Positions 18,068 through 27,915 of a stretch of DNA of 64,000 bases are shown here, piece after piece. The notes under the pieces are model-generated. The model saw only the letters and a program-made list of their open reading frames with translations. It had not been told where the DNA came from and made no database searches. A program made the translations under genes and the position numbers. The DNA is taken from positions 62,001-126,000 of the IMG/VR virus record IMGVR_UViG_3300013120_000738; one strand, 5' to 3'. The stretch's first letter is position 1, and each line of letters begins with the position of its first letter.

Positions 18068-19949
18068 ATGCGATATTACATATTATTTCTATTACTGTTA
18101 GCCGGTTGCCAACCAGCTATTTCGGTAGATCTAAAAATAAACGGCGATACTGCCAACACACCGCCAGGACCAGAAATAAATGTCGGGGCTAAGTATAAAT
18201 TACAATGCTATGTTGATAATACAGGACAAACTGCAGTCTCCGATATCAATCACACAATAGAATTAGATCCCGGCACAGCCCCAATCCAACTAACACTTAA
18301 AGAAGGCGATAAAGACAAAGACTACATCCTAGATCTTGACGAGACATGGCTGTTCGAGGGCGAAGAAACATCAAAACCTGGAGAACACAGAACAATAGCC
18401 ACAGTAACAGGTAGAGGTGTAGAAGATACAGACATACTACACAGGAAAAGAAGTAATAACTGCATCAATATCTGGTCATAAATGGAATGATCTAAATAAC
18501 AATGGAAAATGGGATTCTGGAGAACCAGGAATAAGTGGCTGGAAAATCTTCTTAGACGGTCAGACAACTATTACCGACAATAACGGCAGATACTCATTTA
18601 TTGAATTGCCTCCTGGGGTATACAGAATATCTGAAGAAATTAAAAATGAATGGGTGAACTCATATGATGGTAGTGCAGCACTAGAAGTTGAAGCAGGAAA
18701 ACACTACGCTGGAAAATTCGGATATACAGAACAACTAAACTTCGGAAACTCTAAAAAATCACCCGAACAAATCAATATAGCAGCAACAATTAATGGACAC
18801 TCACCAGAATCACCCGGTCCAACAATATTCATAGGATCTGGGTGGATACAATGTAAAGTCTCTTCAGATATAGACGTCGGAAAAGTCAATATCAAAGACT
18901 TGGTATACCTATCTGGAGATGAGAACACCAACAACAAACTTGAAAAAGACGAGACCTGGATCTTAGAAGGCAAAGCCGAACCACTACTAGGCCAACAAGA
19001 ACTTACGCTAGTAGCAACATCTGATGACGGTAAGCAAGGCACTACTACCATCCATTATATAGGGCGGGCCATAAAATCATATAACATAACACCATATGCT
19101 ACTACACATTGGCTATCATATACTGAGATAGTCAATCTAATGAAACAATGGGAGCAAGATGCACCAGAAATATGTGAATTCTTCACTTACGGTAAAAGCT
19201 CTGACGGAAAAGACTTAACAGGCCTTCGTGTTGGTAATAACACTGCCCCAGCTATATTATTAGAATCAACTATACATGGTAATGAAGTACGGAGTACAGC
19301 TGCAACCTTATGGATGTTAGAGAAATATCTTAATGATTTCGGCCGCGATGACGAAATAACAGATCTATTACTACAGCGGAATACCTGTTGGGTACCAGTT
19401 CTTAACCCAGATAGTTATCCTAATAATAGATGGGTTGATGGTGTAGATCCTAATAGAAATTTCCCATATCCTGGGCGTATAAACCAACCTATCCCGCCAA
19501 TCCAGGCTATAATGGACTTGCACCTAGAATATGACTTTTATGGTGTCCAATGCGGTCACACATACGGTAGAGATTACTTCTATCAAACATTCGGTCCTAG
19601 CGAGGATAAACAAACAGTATTAAACTTCGGTAGGCGAATGGACGCCCTAACCGGATATAGAACTAGCCAGGGTGGGTCACGCCCGAACGGATATGATCAT
19701 GACTGGTTCTATTGGTATGGTGCAGTATCGTATGTCGTCGAATTTGGTAGCGGTCGAAGTACGCCACCAAATGTGGCAATAGATGAAGGCCGGAAAAACT
19801 ATCCGGCCTATATCATGTTTATAGAAGAAACACCAACAATAGCTAAAACACTCAACCCACCAGCAACAGACTTCATGTATGCTCAAGAAGATGTTGAATC
19901 GCTTATTGGTAAGCCCGTGGGTGAAGTTACAGAGCTAGTTGACGAGTAA
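18068..19949 (+). pseudogene. Frameshifted lipoprotein: Ig-like + SdrD B-like domains + M14 zinc carboxypeptidase
   Basis: ORF 18068-18481 has an LAGC lipobox. After ...EDTD at about 18433 the +1 frame reads YYTG...SISGHKWNDLNNNGKWDSGEPGISGWKIFLD...TTITDNNGRYSF.ELPPG.Y (SdrD-B) and continues into ORF 18606-19949 with HGNE, NPD, GVDPNRNF, HTYG, VEFG (M14). Confidence 0.85.
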
Positions 19950-21047
19950 TCAATCTGCGATTCCCTTTTCGGCGGCCTCTAAACATCCTGTAGCAACACA
20001 GAATAAAGGCCTATCCGACTTGGTCACAGTTCCAATATCAAATGGTGGGCCTATCTCGTCAAACTTCTTGGCGACACGCTTAGTAAAGCCCTCAGGGGAA
20101 CTACTGCCGCCAGCCATATAAACATTTATAGCACCCTCTAGTCGTGCTTCCGACTCGTGCTCCTCAAAGCCCTTGATAATACCGTCAATCACGGTGCTGA
20201 TAAGGACATCATAGTGTAGTACGACATCCATACCTACACGATCATCTGGTTCACTACCAGGTGTGAGATTTACATCCTGTTTTCTCTTTGATACTGTGGT
20301 AGGTGTCTCTTTTGCTACTTTCCTACGGGTCTTCAAGGCTTGGGGGTTATAACCATGACGCATTGCTACTTGTTCATCTATCCAGTCGCCTGCGCCTACC
20401 CAGCAGAAAGAATATATCTCAAGGCCATATTTCACGTAGCTGACAGTAACAGTACCAGCACCCCATGAGATCCCAATACCTGTACCATCTTCGCTCATAT
20501 CGATTACGATAGCATGGGATTCTTTTATCGCGTTATGTGTTATCTTAGCGTCGGTTTCATATCCTTCAATAATAATGTTGACTACACGTTCATGATAATC
20601 AACATTTAATTCCTTATTGAGTGATGGAGCGGTGGTGCAGTAACAAACCTGTACCTCGTCACCAAATTTTCCAATCTCCTTTTCAGCCATCTCCATTAGG
20701 CCTTGGACAATCGTTCCTAGGATTGTGATGGCTTCTTCGTCAGCAGATATTCCACCTTCTGCCATTGGTCTACGTAGTGTGTCGTTCTTGGCGTATGCAA
20801 ATTCTTCTGCATCTTCTCCAAGTACGATGGCTTCTCCTGTTTCGGGCATTTCTACCCATTTTGCAGGTCTTTTTGTACCGTCTGCCCTCATTTTGCTAGG
20901 ATCGTCTAGCATGTTCCGAATGAATGGCGTTGCTCTTTCAAATGGCCAATACCCATTGATTTCTGAGATGTAGTTGACCTTTTCATTATCCGTGCGGTAA
21001 GCAAGGACTACTGTTCTTGTGCCAACATCGATACCCAAGTGTCTCAT
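19950..21047 (-). CDS. Actin-fold ATPase (MamK/ParM/MreB superfamily)
   Basis: GIDVGT (phosphate 1), RRPM..G, GISWGAGT (phosphate 2), GAGDWID, MAGGSS (adenosine); GGAG SD before ATG 21047 (ORF track extends in frame to 21479). Confidence 0.85.
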   Translation of the reverse strand: MRHLGIDVGTRTVVLAYRTDNEKVNYISEINGYWPFERATPFIRNMLDDPSKMRADGTKRPAKWVEMPETGEAIVLGEDAEEFAYAKNDTLRRPMAEGGISADEEAITILGTIVQGLMEMAEKEIGKFGDEVQVCYCTTAPSLNKELNVDYHERVVNIIIEGYETDAKITHNAIKESHAIVIDMSEDGTGIGISWGAGTVTVSYVKYGLEIYSFCWVGAGDWIDEQVAMRHGYNPQALKTRRKVAKETPTTVSKRKQDVNLTPGSEPDDRVGMDVVLHYDVLISTVIDGIIKGFEEHESEARLEGAINVYMAGGSSSPEGFTKRVAKKFDEIGPPFDIGTVTKSDRPLFCVATGCLEAAEKGIAD

Positions 21048-21174
21048 GAGTACTCTCCTACCTTTATGGACGTCACCCAACTTATATACACTATAATCGG
21101 ATGAAGGTTTCGGTTCTAGAATTGAAATACGTTTGGTTTGCCCCTCAGACCGAGGGACGTCTTTTGCGCGGTGG

Positions 21175-21519
21175 TCACCCTTTTCGGAGTGAACAGGCTT
21201 TGATTTTGCGGGCGGTGGGATTACTTTGGGAACCGGAGTCGGTATCTTTTTGTTTGAGGTCTTTTCGTTTGATTTTGTAGTAGGTTTTTGGTCCGATTCG
21301 CGGGAAGGTGGCACGTTGATCGGTTTCGGTCGTTTCGGAAGTGACGTCACCCTTTGATCCACCACCCTCGGTTTCACTTCCATCTCTGCTAGAAATTGAT
21401 AAATCATCGATAGGGGAAGCCTCACTACCTCGCGAAGTCTTTTCAGCACTTCCGATCGTTGGGCTTTCTTCGGATCCACAGAACAGTTGCCTTAATAAAT
21501 TAATTACTTTCTTCATCAT
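21175..21519 (-). CDS. Low-complexity hypothetical protein (frame uncertain)
   Basis: 114-aa ORF overlapping in another frame the long open 5' extension of the actin-like ORF. Confidence 0.4.
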   Translation of the reverse strand: MMKKVINLLRQLFCGSEESPTIGSAEKTSRGSEASPIDDLSISSRDGSETEGGGSKGDVTSETTETDQRATFPRIGPKTYYKIKRKDLKQKDTDSGSQSNPTARKIKACSLRKG

Positions 21520-21790
21520 CGAGATCTACTTTCAATCCAAACCCACCCTTAGCTCTCGGCGGCTTCTTAATGTGTGGAGCTACAATTTCCGGGGGAAGAT
21601 CTCCAACAATCCTCTCCTGGATACTTTTATCTTCATCATGTTGTGCAACACTTAGACCAACATGATTTGAGCTCTTAGACATATTTTCAAAAGCAATAAC
21701 AAGTCTTCGGAACAAACAAAGAAATATTATGCTATAAATACCTATCCCTAGCCCCACACACGCATATACAAACCATATTAACCATATCAT
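21500..21790 (-). CDS. Small membrane protein
   Basis: Hydrophobic N-terminal 27 aa; ATGA coupling. Confidence 0.7.
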   Translation of the reverse strand: MIWLIWFVYACVGLGIGIYSIIFLCLFRRLVIAFENMSKSSNHVGLSVAQHDEDKSIQERIVGDLPPEIVAPHIKKPPRAKGGFGLKVDLDDEESN

Positions 21791-23181
21791 ATATGAGCTA
21801 CTCGTAATAGCGGGATATTAGCACTCTGGGCCATCTTGCCAAGCTGTATTAGGCCGCCCTCATATAGTGCTAATCTTTTTTGGGTGGCTTCCGTATCTGG
21901 CCAAATCTGGCCATCACGGTAATAACTTATCTTCGATGTGTGACTTCTACCACTAATTATTCTATTATCACAGCCAAACAATGTTATAGATCTAGGGTTC
22001 AAGAATAAAGCAAAATTCACGGCAGTCAAAACCGAAGACTCGAAATTACAAAAAGGAGGATTAACAGTCTCGCCAATCATACCAAATTCATATTGATCAA
22101 ATTGGATAGAATCAGGAATAAGCTCAGCAGCGGCTACATATTGACCAGCAACACCCTGAAACAACGCAAAAGCCACCACAAATCGCTTAGCAGGATATTT
22201 ATCACGCAATTCTAATACAACTTGAGCAGAACTAGTAACCAAATAATCACACCGATACAGTTCACCAACGTAATCTATACCAATAATTATATCATGTCTT
22301 TCAATATCCGATGGTTTAATATAATCTAATGATGGGCCATTTCCAATCACCGCAACAGTCTTACCAGTCGCAACATTCTTTAAAGAAAACACGTTTAATA
22401 ACTCTGGTTGTATATTCTGTAGCCACCAATTTATATCTCTTTCGGTCTTAAAGGTATCCAGCCTCCCAGGTTTTATATTATTAGGGTTTATACTCCTAGA
22501 TTGATAAAAATATGTCGAATACTTGGGCATCCACCTCTCAACCAACCTAGTCATATTAACTGCACTTTTACCACTCTCTTGCTCGACAAAAGCCGCTATC
22601 TTACTATCATCAACAACTAAAACTTGACCACCAAATAACCAATTCTTAATACTGATATCTATATCTTCACCAGGACCCGCTTTCATCCCATTGTCAAAAC
22701 CACCTATTTCATCAAATCTTGCCTTTTCTATAGTGATACAGTATGATGACGCAACAGGTGATTTATTACCACCAATGTACCGACGATTGTGGATGGACAT
22801 ATCCCAATGTATACCAAATCTACGCCATCTCAATCGATCGATTGCCCATAAATTAAGATCTAAAGAATGAATGACAGGACTTACAATAGTCTTCTCATCA
22901 AGATTCTTTAGTAAGGGCTCGAGCCAGTCTTTACCGAATTTGGTAGTTTGTCTTAAGAATATAAGGACTTTAGATTTTGCTTGTTTTGCGGCTGCATTCC
23001 AGGCCTTTGCGCGGCCGACATTCTCTGTCTTAAGTATAGTAACATCGTCTAGATCTACTCCTCCCCCGTCATCACATACTATGAGCTCCTCAATGAGCTC
23101 TGGCGGGGTTTTATCCCGGAGGTCATTTATAGTTTGTGAGAGATTAGTCTTATCTGTACAGTAGAATATGAAGCTAGGCAT
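21787..23181 (-). CDS. GT2 domain fused to Maf/DUF115 (MptE-like) domain
   Basis: ELIVCDDG, G.A.A.N, IGGFD..M...PGED; then VAVIGNGPSL...SITLFGCD. Confidence 0.8.
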   Translation of the reverse strand: MPSFIFYCTDKTNLSQTINDLRDKTPPELIEELIVCDDGGGVDLDDVTILKTENVGRAKAWNAAAKQAKSKVLIFLRQTTKFGKDWLEPLLKNLDEKTIVSPVIHSLDLNLWAIDRLRWRRFGIHWDMSIHNRRYIGGNKSPVASSYCITIEKARFDEIGGFDNGMKAGPGEDIDISIKNWLFGGQVLVVDDSKIAAFVEQESGKSAVNMTRLVERWMPKYSTYFYQSRSINPNNIKPGRLDTFKTERDINWWLQNIQPELLNVFSLKNVATGKTVAVIGNGPSLDYIKPSDIERHDIIIGIDYVGELYRCDYLVTSSAQVVLELRDKYPAKRFVVAFALFQGVAGQYVAAAELIPDSIQFDQYEFGMIGETVNPPFCNFESSVLTAVNFALFLNPRSITLFGCDNRIISGRSHTSKISYYRDGQIWPDTEATQKRLALYEGGLIQLGKMAQSANIPLLRVAHI

Positions 23182-23197
23182 GCATTATATACAAGTT

Positions 23198-24895
23198 TTA
23201 TATCTTTACATTCCATCGGCGTGCACCGAAAGAAATCTCATCAGCTTTTCTATTGCCATTTGATCTCATTGCATGTATATCTCTTACATTAGTCGCCGCT
23301 GCCGCCGATGGCGACCCGACTTGAACATTGCAGTAGAAAAAGTCTTCTTCACAGCACTCGGCATCATCCGGTTCTAGTGCTTTAACAAGATCCCACGGGT
23401 ATTTCCCCGGCCTCGCATCATCTGGGCTGTACCATGTCCCAAGTACATCGCAGGGAGGTATATCCGTCTCAGGAACCCAATCAAATTTGTGTCTGTCATA
23501 ATGCCTCTTTGTAAAACACCCAGGTTGAGGATCCCAATGAACTAACTCCAATTCCGGTATTTCATCCTCTTTTAATTCAACCTCATACCGGTTAATATAC
23601 TTGCATTCATCTAAAATGACTTGTGCTGCCGCAAAAACACTATCAAGAACTGAAGTATTTGCCAATGTGTCAGAATCAGGCAGTAGACTTACCAGACTAA
23701 CACATACCTCCTCAAGAACATCAGCACACAATGAATAGATAGTATCCTGATCACAATCCATCCTGGCATTGATCATCGGACAACTGGCCGTGATATTCGA
23801 TGAATCGATAGTACATTCAACTATTTGTACCATACAATCACCAGGCAAACCCCTAATGCCATCAGGTCCTCGCTGACGACACTTTACACAAAATAAATCA
23901 GCGATATCCTCCCAATTGTTTCCTGGCTCTAAGAATATAGACCCACAAGTAATGCCAGTCTCAGGGTCAAACTTGATAGTGTTTAAAGTACTAACTTCAT
24001 CTATAGGTAAATCACTAGCAATAGTAATATCTTCAGGATCTACAGGACTTATATCAACGGTAACTATTGGAGTACCAAGAGTACCAGTATATGCTCCAAG
24101 TACATTACTAAGCGCTATACCACATAAATTCTCGTCAACAGTTTGCCCTAGAGCTCTCTTGACGAATTTATCCATAGTGCTCTGAAATCTAGTTGCCTCC
24201 ATCCCAGTCTTATCACTCTTATGCAACCAGGCGGGCATGTATTCCAATTGATCAATCGTAGAAGATGTAACAGCACCTTCCGGTGGAATAATAGGACAAA
24301 TCCTAACTGCAATATTAGGTATATGGTCATTAGACAACGTAATAGACCCACCCGCTAGCAAAGGGGTAGGAGTGTATATTGCAAAATCGAGTTGCCGATC
24401 ATGTAAATCAGACGGCTCAAAACATGTCTCATCAGCACCCGGCCGTCCATCAAGCCCCTGATCACCCCTATCTCCTCTCGGACCAGGAAGTCCTGGGCAG
24501 ACTTCTTTCATAAGTATTTGAAATAGTCTTGCCTTATCAATTTCAATACGTAATGCTGATGGGCCTTCAGGAACAAACCTGATGCACTTATCGCTAGATC
24601 TAAAATAATACCAATAAGCATCTGTGCCGGGAGCCAACTTCAAGGGACGTAAATCGACGCCGGTACCAAGATATGTCCTTAATTTATTGAGCTTGCTATA
24701 GATATCTGGGGAAATAATTCCATCTTGGCTTTCACTAACGTATGTGGGCGCATGAACAACACCCTTTGTTAACCAAGCATCTTTATCACTAGAGTATTCC
24801 CACCTGTTGCCGTATTGGTCACATATTTCATCGCCATCAGACGGCTGTCGCGGCAACCTACCTGTAGCGGGCTCACTGTAACATGTAATTGCCAT
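23198..24895 (-). CDS. Cys-rich protein with short collagen (G-X-Y) repeats, probable virion component
   Basis: GLPGPRGDRGDQGLDGRPGAD and GPDGIRGLPGD; many Cys residues. Confidence 0.7.
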   Translation of the reverse strand: MAITCYSEPATGRLPRQPSDGDEICDQYGNRWEYSSDKDAWLTKGVVHAPTYVSESQDGIISPDIYSKLNKLRTYLGTGVDLRPLKLAPGTDAYWYYFRSSDKCIRFVPEGPSALRIEIDKARLFQILMKEVCPGLPGPRGDRGDQGLDGRPGADETCFEPSDLHDRQLDFAIYTPTPLLAGGSITLSNDHIPNIAVRICPIIPPEGAVTSSTIDQLEYMPAWLHKSDKTGMEATRFQSTMDKFVKRALGQTVDENLCGIALSNVLGAYTGTLGTPIVTVDISPVDPEDITIASDLPIDEVSTLNTIKFDPETGITCGSIFLEPGNNWEDIADLFCVKCRQRGPDGIRGLPGDCMVQIVECTIDSSNITASCPMINARMDCDQDTIYSLCADVLEEVCVSLVSLLPDSDTLANTSVLDSVFAAAQVILDECKYINRYEVELKEDEIPELELVHWDPQPGCFTKRHYDRHKFDWVPETDIPPCDVLGTWYSPDDARPGKYPWDLVKALEPDDAECCEEDFFYCNVQVGSPSAAAATNVRDIHAMRSNGNRKADEISFGARRWNVKI

Positions 24896-24950
24896 AGTTG
24901 TTTTCCCTATTATATTTTAATTACAAAGGCGGCACAACCAAAGATATAAT

Positions 24951-26561
24951 ATGTTCATGTTTGACGACATCCTAGATAGAATACTAAATCTCATGGAAGG
25001 GATAGAGGAGAAAGCTATTCCCCTAGCCCAACGTCTATTAAGTAAGAAATCAAAATGGACTGGTAAGAATAGATGGAGCGAAGAAGAAACCACAGAATTC
25101 GTCAAATCTCTCGGCCGCGAAGAAAGGCACCCAGGTTTCGCATTTCAATATTATTGTGATCCAACCGGAGAACGGGGAAAGTACACTCCGTATATCGTAA
25201 ATCAACTCGCAAAAGGCAATTTAATTATAGAACCCGATAGGGAAGAAGATGCCCCACGAATGTTGGCAGCCCTAAAATTTTTCCACGAAAATTCCAAAAA
25301 ACCAGGGTGGAATTATCCAAAAGATATAAATCAATTCAAGAACTGGCGGCAGTTGGAAGATATCGCCGAAAAAGAAAGTGATAAAATCTTCCAAAGCAAT
25401 AGACAACAAAGAAAAGAAATTTCTGCTGGTTCCAAGCTAGTATCAGAAATCACCGTGCCTAATAAAGAAAAAACTACATATCAATTATATATGATAACAG
25501 AACCAGAAACGCTGGTAATGATGGGAACAGGAACAAGATGGTGCACCACAGGATTATCAAAACAATCAGGTATTGGTGCTCATGGGCCTCATGGCGGACG
25601 GCAAACCAAAGACGACCAAAATGCCCCATACATGCATTATGGTAAAAATCATCCAAAAGAAGGAACCGGAAGACTCCTAAAATTCATGAAAGTGGGAGGA
25701 TATGAAGGATTTCCGCTCACAGCAGCCAGATATCTCGGAATGGGCTGGGGAAAACTTGACCCCGCTCGAACACAATCATATAGTGCTAGATTTACACCAA
25801 TTTATATAATATTTCAAAAAGACGGTAAGAACGAACACGAAGAAATAGAAGGAATACGTGTTGGACAAGTAGGTAGAAGTGGACAAATTGCACAACTATC
25901 TGAAGATGGACAAGAATGTAAAGACCCAACTGACAGAGAAATTACTATTGTCAGCCCTGCCTTAGCATATGCCGCTAAACAATGGCTTGATGAAAACAAT
26001 TTAGCAATTGGGCGTGTAATACTTAAAAGAGTAAGAAAAGAAAACATAGATGATATTGATAATGCGATAAATTTTGTAGGATTTCCAAATGCACCTGAAA
26101 TATCAAAAGGCGAAATATTATATCTAGATGATGGCGGAGATGACCCTTATTATCAATATCACGCCCGCCCACCTAGAGAAACTAAAGCCCGTGCAGAACT
26201 TACATTCGGTTGGGATAATTGGTCAGTTCACTATATAAAAGTACCAGCCAGAAATGAACATGATGAGGATTGGAGTGGCTGGATACTAGATGATGGGCAA
26301 TTGCTTGAAGACATTTACGTCGATGCCGCAATCGAAATCGCAAAATCTACAGGACTAATACTAGATGTTGATGACATTATAGAAGAACTGAAAGACAAAC
26401 AAGAAAAAAGGCGAATTTATCCATCTACACCACCTGATCCAATCACTCCTGATTCGTACGTGTTCCAAGACCTGATCCAACATACTAGAGCAACAGAGCT
26501 CAAGACAACAGATACTTTTCTAACTAATTTCATGAATATGTTAGAGGAGTTATATGAATGA
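24951..26561 (+). CDS. Large-phage hypothetical protein (GKY..Y, KDINQ, GTRWCT motifs)
   Basis: 536-aa ORF with motifs recurrent in large-phage proteins of unknown function. Confidence 0.75.
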   Translation: MFMFDDILDRILNLMEGIEEKAIPLAQRLLSKKSKWTGKNRWSEEETTEFVKSLGREERHPGFAFQYYCDPTGERGKYTPYIVNQLAKGNLIIEPDREEDAPRMLAALKFFHENSKKPGWNYPKDINQFKNWRQLEDIAEKESDKIFQSNRQQRKEISAGSKLVSEITVPNKEKTTYQLYMITEPETLVMMGTGTRWCTTGLSKQSGIGAHGPHGGRQTKDDQNAPYMHYGKNHPKEGTGRLLKFMKVGGYEGFPLTAARYLGMGWGKLDPARTQSYSARFTPIYIIFQKDGKNEHEEIEGIRVGQVGRSGQIAQLSEDGQECKDPTDREITIVSPALAYAAKQWLDENNLAIGRVILKRVRKENIDDIDNAINFVGFPNAPEISKGEILYLDDGGDDPYYQYHARPPRETKARAELTFGWDNWSVHYIKVPARNEHDEDWSGWILDDGQLLEDIYVDAAIEIAKSTGLILDVDDIIEELKDKQEKRRIYPSTPPDPITPDSYVFQDLIQHTRATELKTTDTFLTNFMNMLEELYE

Positions 26562-26761
26562 GATTTAAATATGACCCAAATGAACCACCAGCCCACGTAA
26601 AAGCTGCTATTCGAAAAAGACATCTGAGGGTTAAAGCACGCAAAGATATGGAGATGATAGAAGCTAATAATCGCCGTAAATTCAATATGGACCCTGTAGT
26701 AAAGCTTATGAAACCCGATGGTTGGGACTGGCGGCGAGATAAAGAACCAGGACTGATCTAG
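26558..26761 (+). CDS. Hypothetical protein
   Basis: ATGA coupling and upstream GAGGAG. Confidence 0.65.
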   Translation: MRFKYDPNEPPAHVKAAIRKRHLRVKARKDMEMIEANNRRKFNMDPVVKLMKPDGWDWRRDKEPGLI

Positions 26762-26796
26762 TAAATAAGATATCAACACCCCTTAGGAGTTATATC

Positions 26797-27075
26797 ATGG
26801 CCACAAAAAAGAAGGCCGCCAAGAAGAGAGTCGCTAAGAAATCAACCAAGAAAGCTTCGCGGAAGAAAAAGCGACAACAAAGGCGAGCAAACCGACGCGC
26901 CAAAATCCAACTAGTCACCAACTATGTCGAAGACTTCAGGGAAGCGAATCCCAACGGCACAAAAGAACAGTGCTTCTCGGCCGTTGGTGCACAGCTCCGA
27001 AAGGATTTCAAGGGCAATCCTTTCATAGACATCTTGATCACTATCTTGAAGATGCTGCTTGATATCTACTTCTAG
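26797..27075 (+). CDS. Small protein with histone-H1-like basic N-terminus
   Basis: MATKKKAAKKRVAKKSTKKASRKKKR; AGGAG SD; amphipathic C-terminal helix. Confidence 0.8.
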   Translation: MATKKKAAKKRVAKKSTKKASRKKKRQQRRANRRAKIQLVTNYVEDFREANPNGTKEQCFSAVGAQLRKDFKGNPFIDILITILKMLLDIYF

Positions 27076-27263
27076 AAATACCCCGGTATTTCATTAGCAG
27101 CTCTATCTCTACCTGACCAGCCTCTCTTTAGGCAATCCTTAACAGAAGGTACGAGCCATTCGTATAGTTCTGTAAAGGAATCAATATGTAAATCCATGTG
27201 AAATTCTTCAGTGGGAACATACCATTTAGCATATGTCATTATTTGGCATAAGTGTTGTGTCAT
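27072..27263 (-). CDS. Small hypothetical protein
   Basis: 63-aa ORF filling the gap. Confidence 0.4.
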   Translation of the reverse strand: MTQHLCQIMTYAKWYVPTEEFHMDLHIDSFTELYEWLVPSVKDCLKRGWSGRDRAANEIPGYF

Positions 27264-27411
27264 ATAACTCGAATAGTATTAGTACATATCTTCTATCATT
27301 TCTTTGGCTAACTGTTATATCTCCATCGCTGTATAATACCGCCTGGTTAGATTTAAACCTGTCTTTGACTTCTTCGTAAATTCCTTTAATTATTGCTTGA
27401 AGAATTTTCAT
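27226..27411 (-). CDS. Small hypothetical protein
   Basis: 61-aa ORF; N-terminus resembles that of 28974-29240. Confidence 0.45.
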   Translation of the reverse strand: MKILQAIIKGIYEEVKDRFKSNQAVLYSDGDITVSQRNDRRYVLILFELYDTTLMPNNDIC

Positions 27412-27459
27412 TCAAAATTAAGGTAGGTTATTTCTACCTTACCCCACCTTCAAGGTATT

Positions 27460-27915
27460 ATGACAACACAAACTAAATTCTGCCGCACATGTCAGACAGA
27501 AAAACCTATTGAAGAATTCGATAAACTCTACAACAAAAAATACCCTCATTATAGGAGAAGTAAATGTAAAAAATGCTACAGAGAAAAGCCAAGTTTCAAA
27601 AAATATGACCGTCGCAAACACAATAGGAGAAGAATTCGAAAGCAAGTCGCAATGAAAATACGAGCTATCGAATATTTAGGTGGTAAATGCCAAGGCGAAT
27701 CATGTCCATTACCACAAGGTTACAAAATTCCATATTGTGCATTTGATTTTCACCATCGAGATCCTAAAATGAAGTCGTTTTACATCAACAATTTTATTAG
27801 AAAAAAGAATGCTGCAGAATCTTGTTGGGAAGAATTACGAACTGAACTAGATAAATGTGATTTATTATGTTGTATATGTCATAGAATAGTACATCAAAAC
27901 AATGTTGATTTATAG
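27460..27915 (+). CDS. HNH endonuclease with N-terminal zinc finger
   Basis: CRTC..EKP..EF...CKKC; LGGKC; FDFHHRDP..K; ELDKCDLLCCICHR..H. Confidence 0.88.
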   Translation: MTTQTKFCRTCQTEKPIEEFDKLYNKKYPHYRRSKCKKCYREKPSFKKYDRRKHNRRRIRKQVAMKIRAIEYLGGKCQGESCPLPQGYKIPYCAFDFHHRDPKMKSFYINNFIRKKNAAESCWEELRTELDKCDLLCCICHRIVHQNNVDL

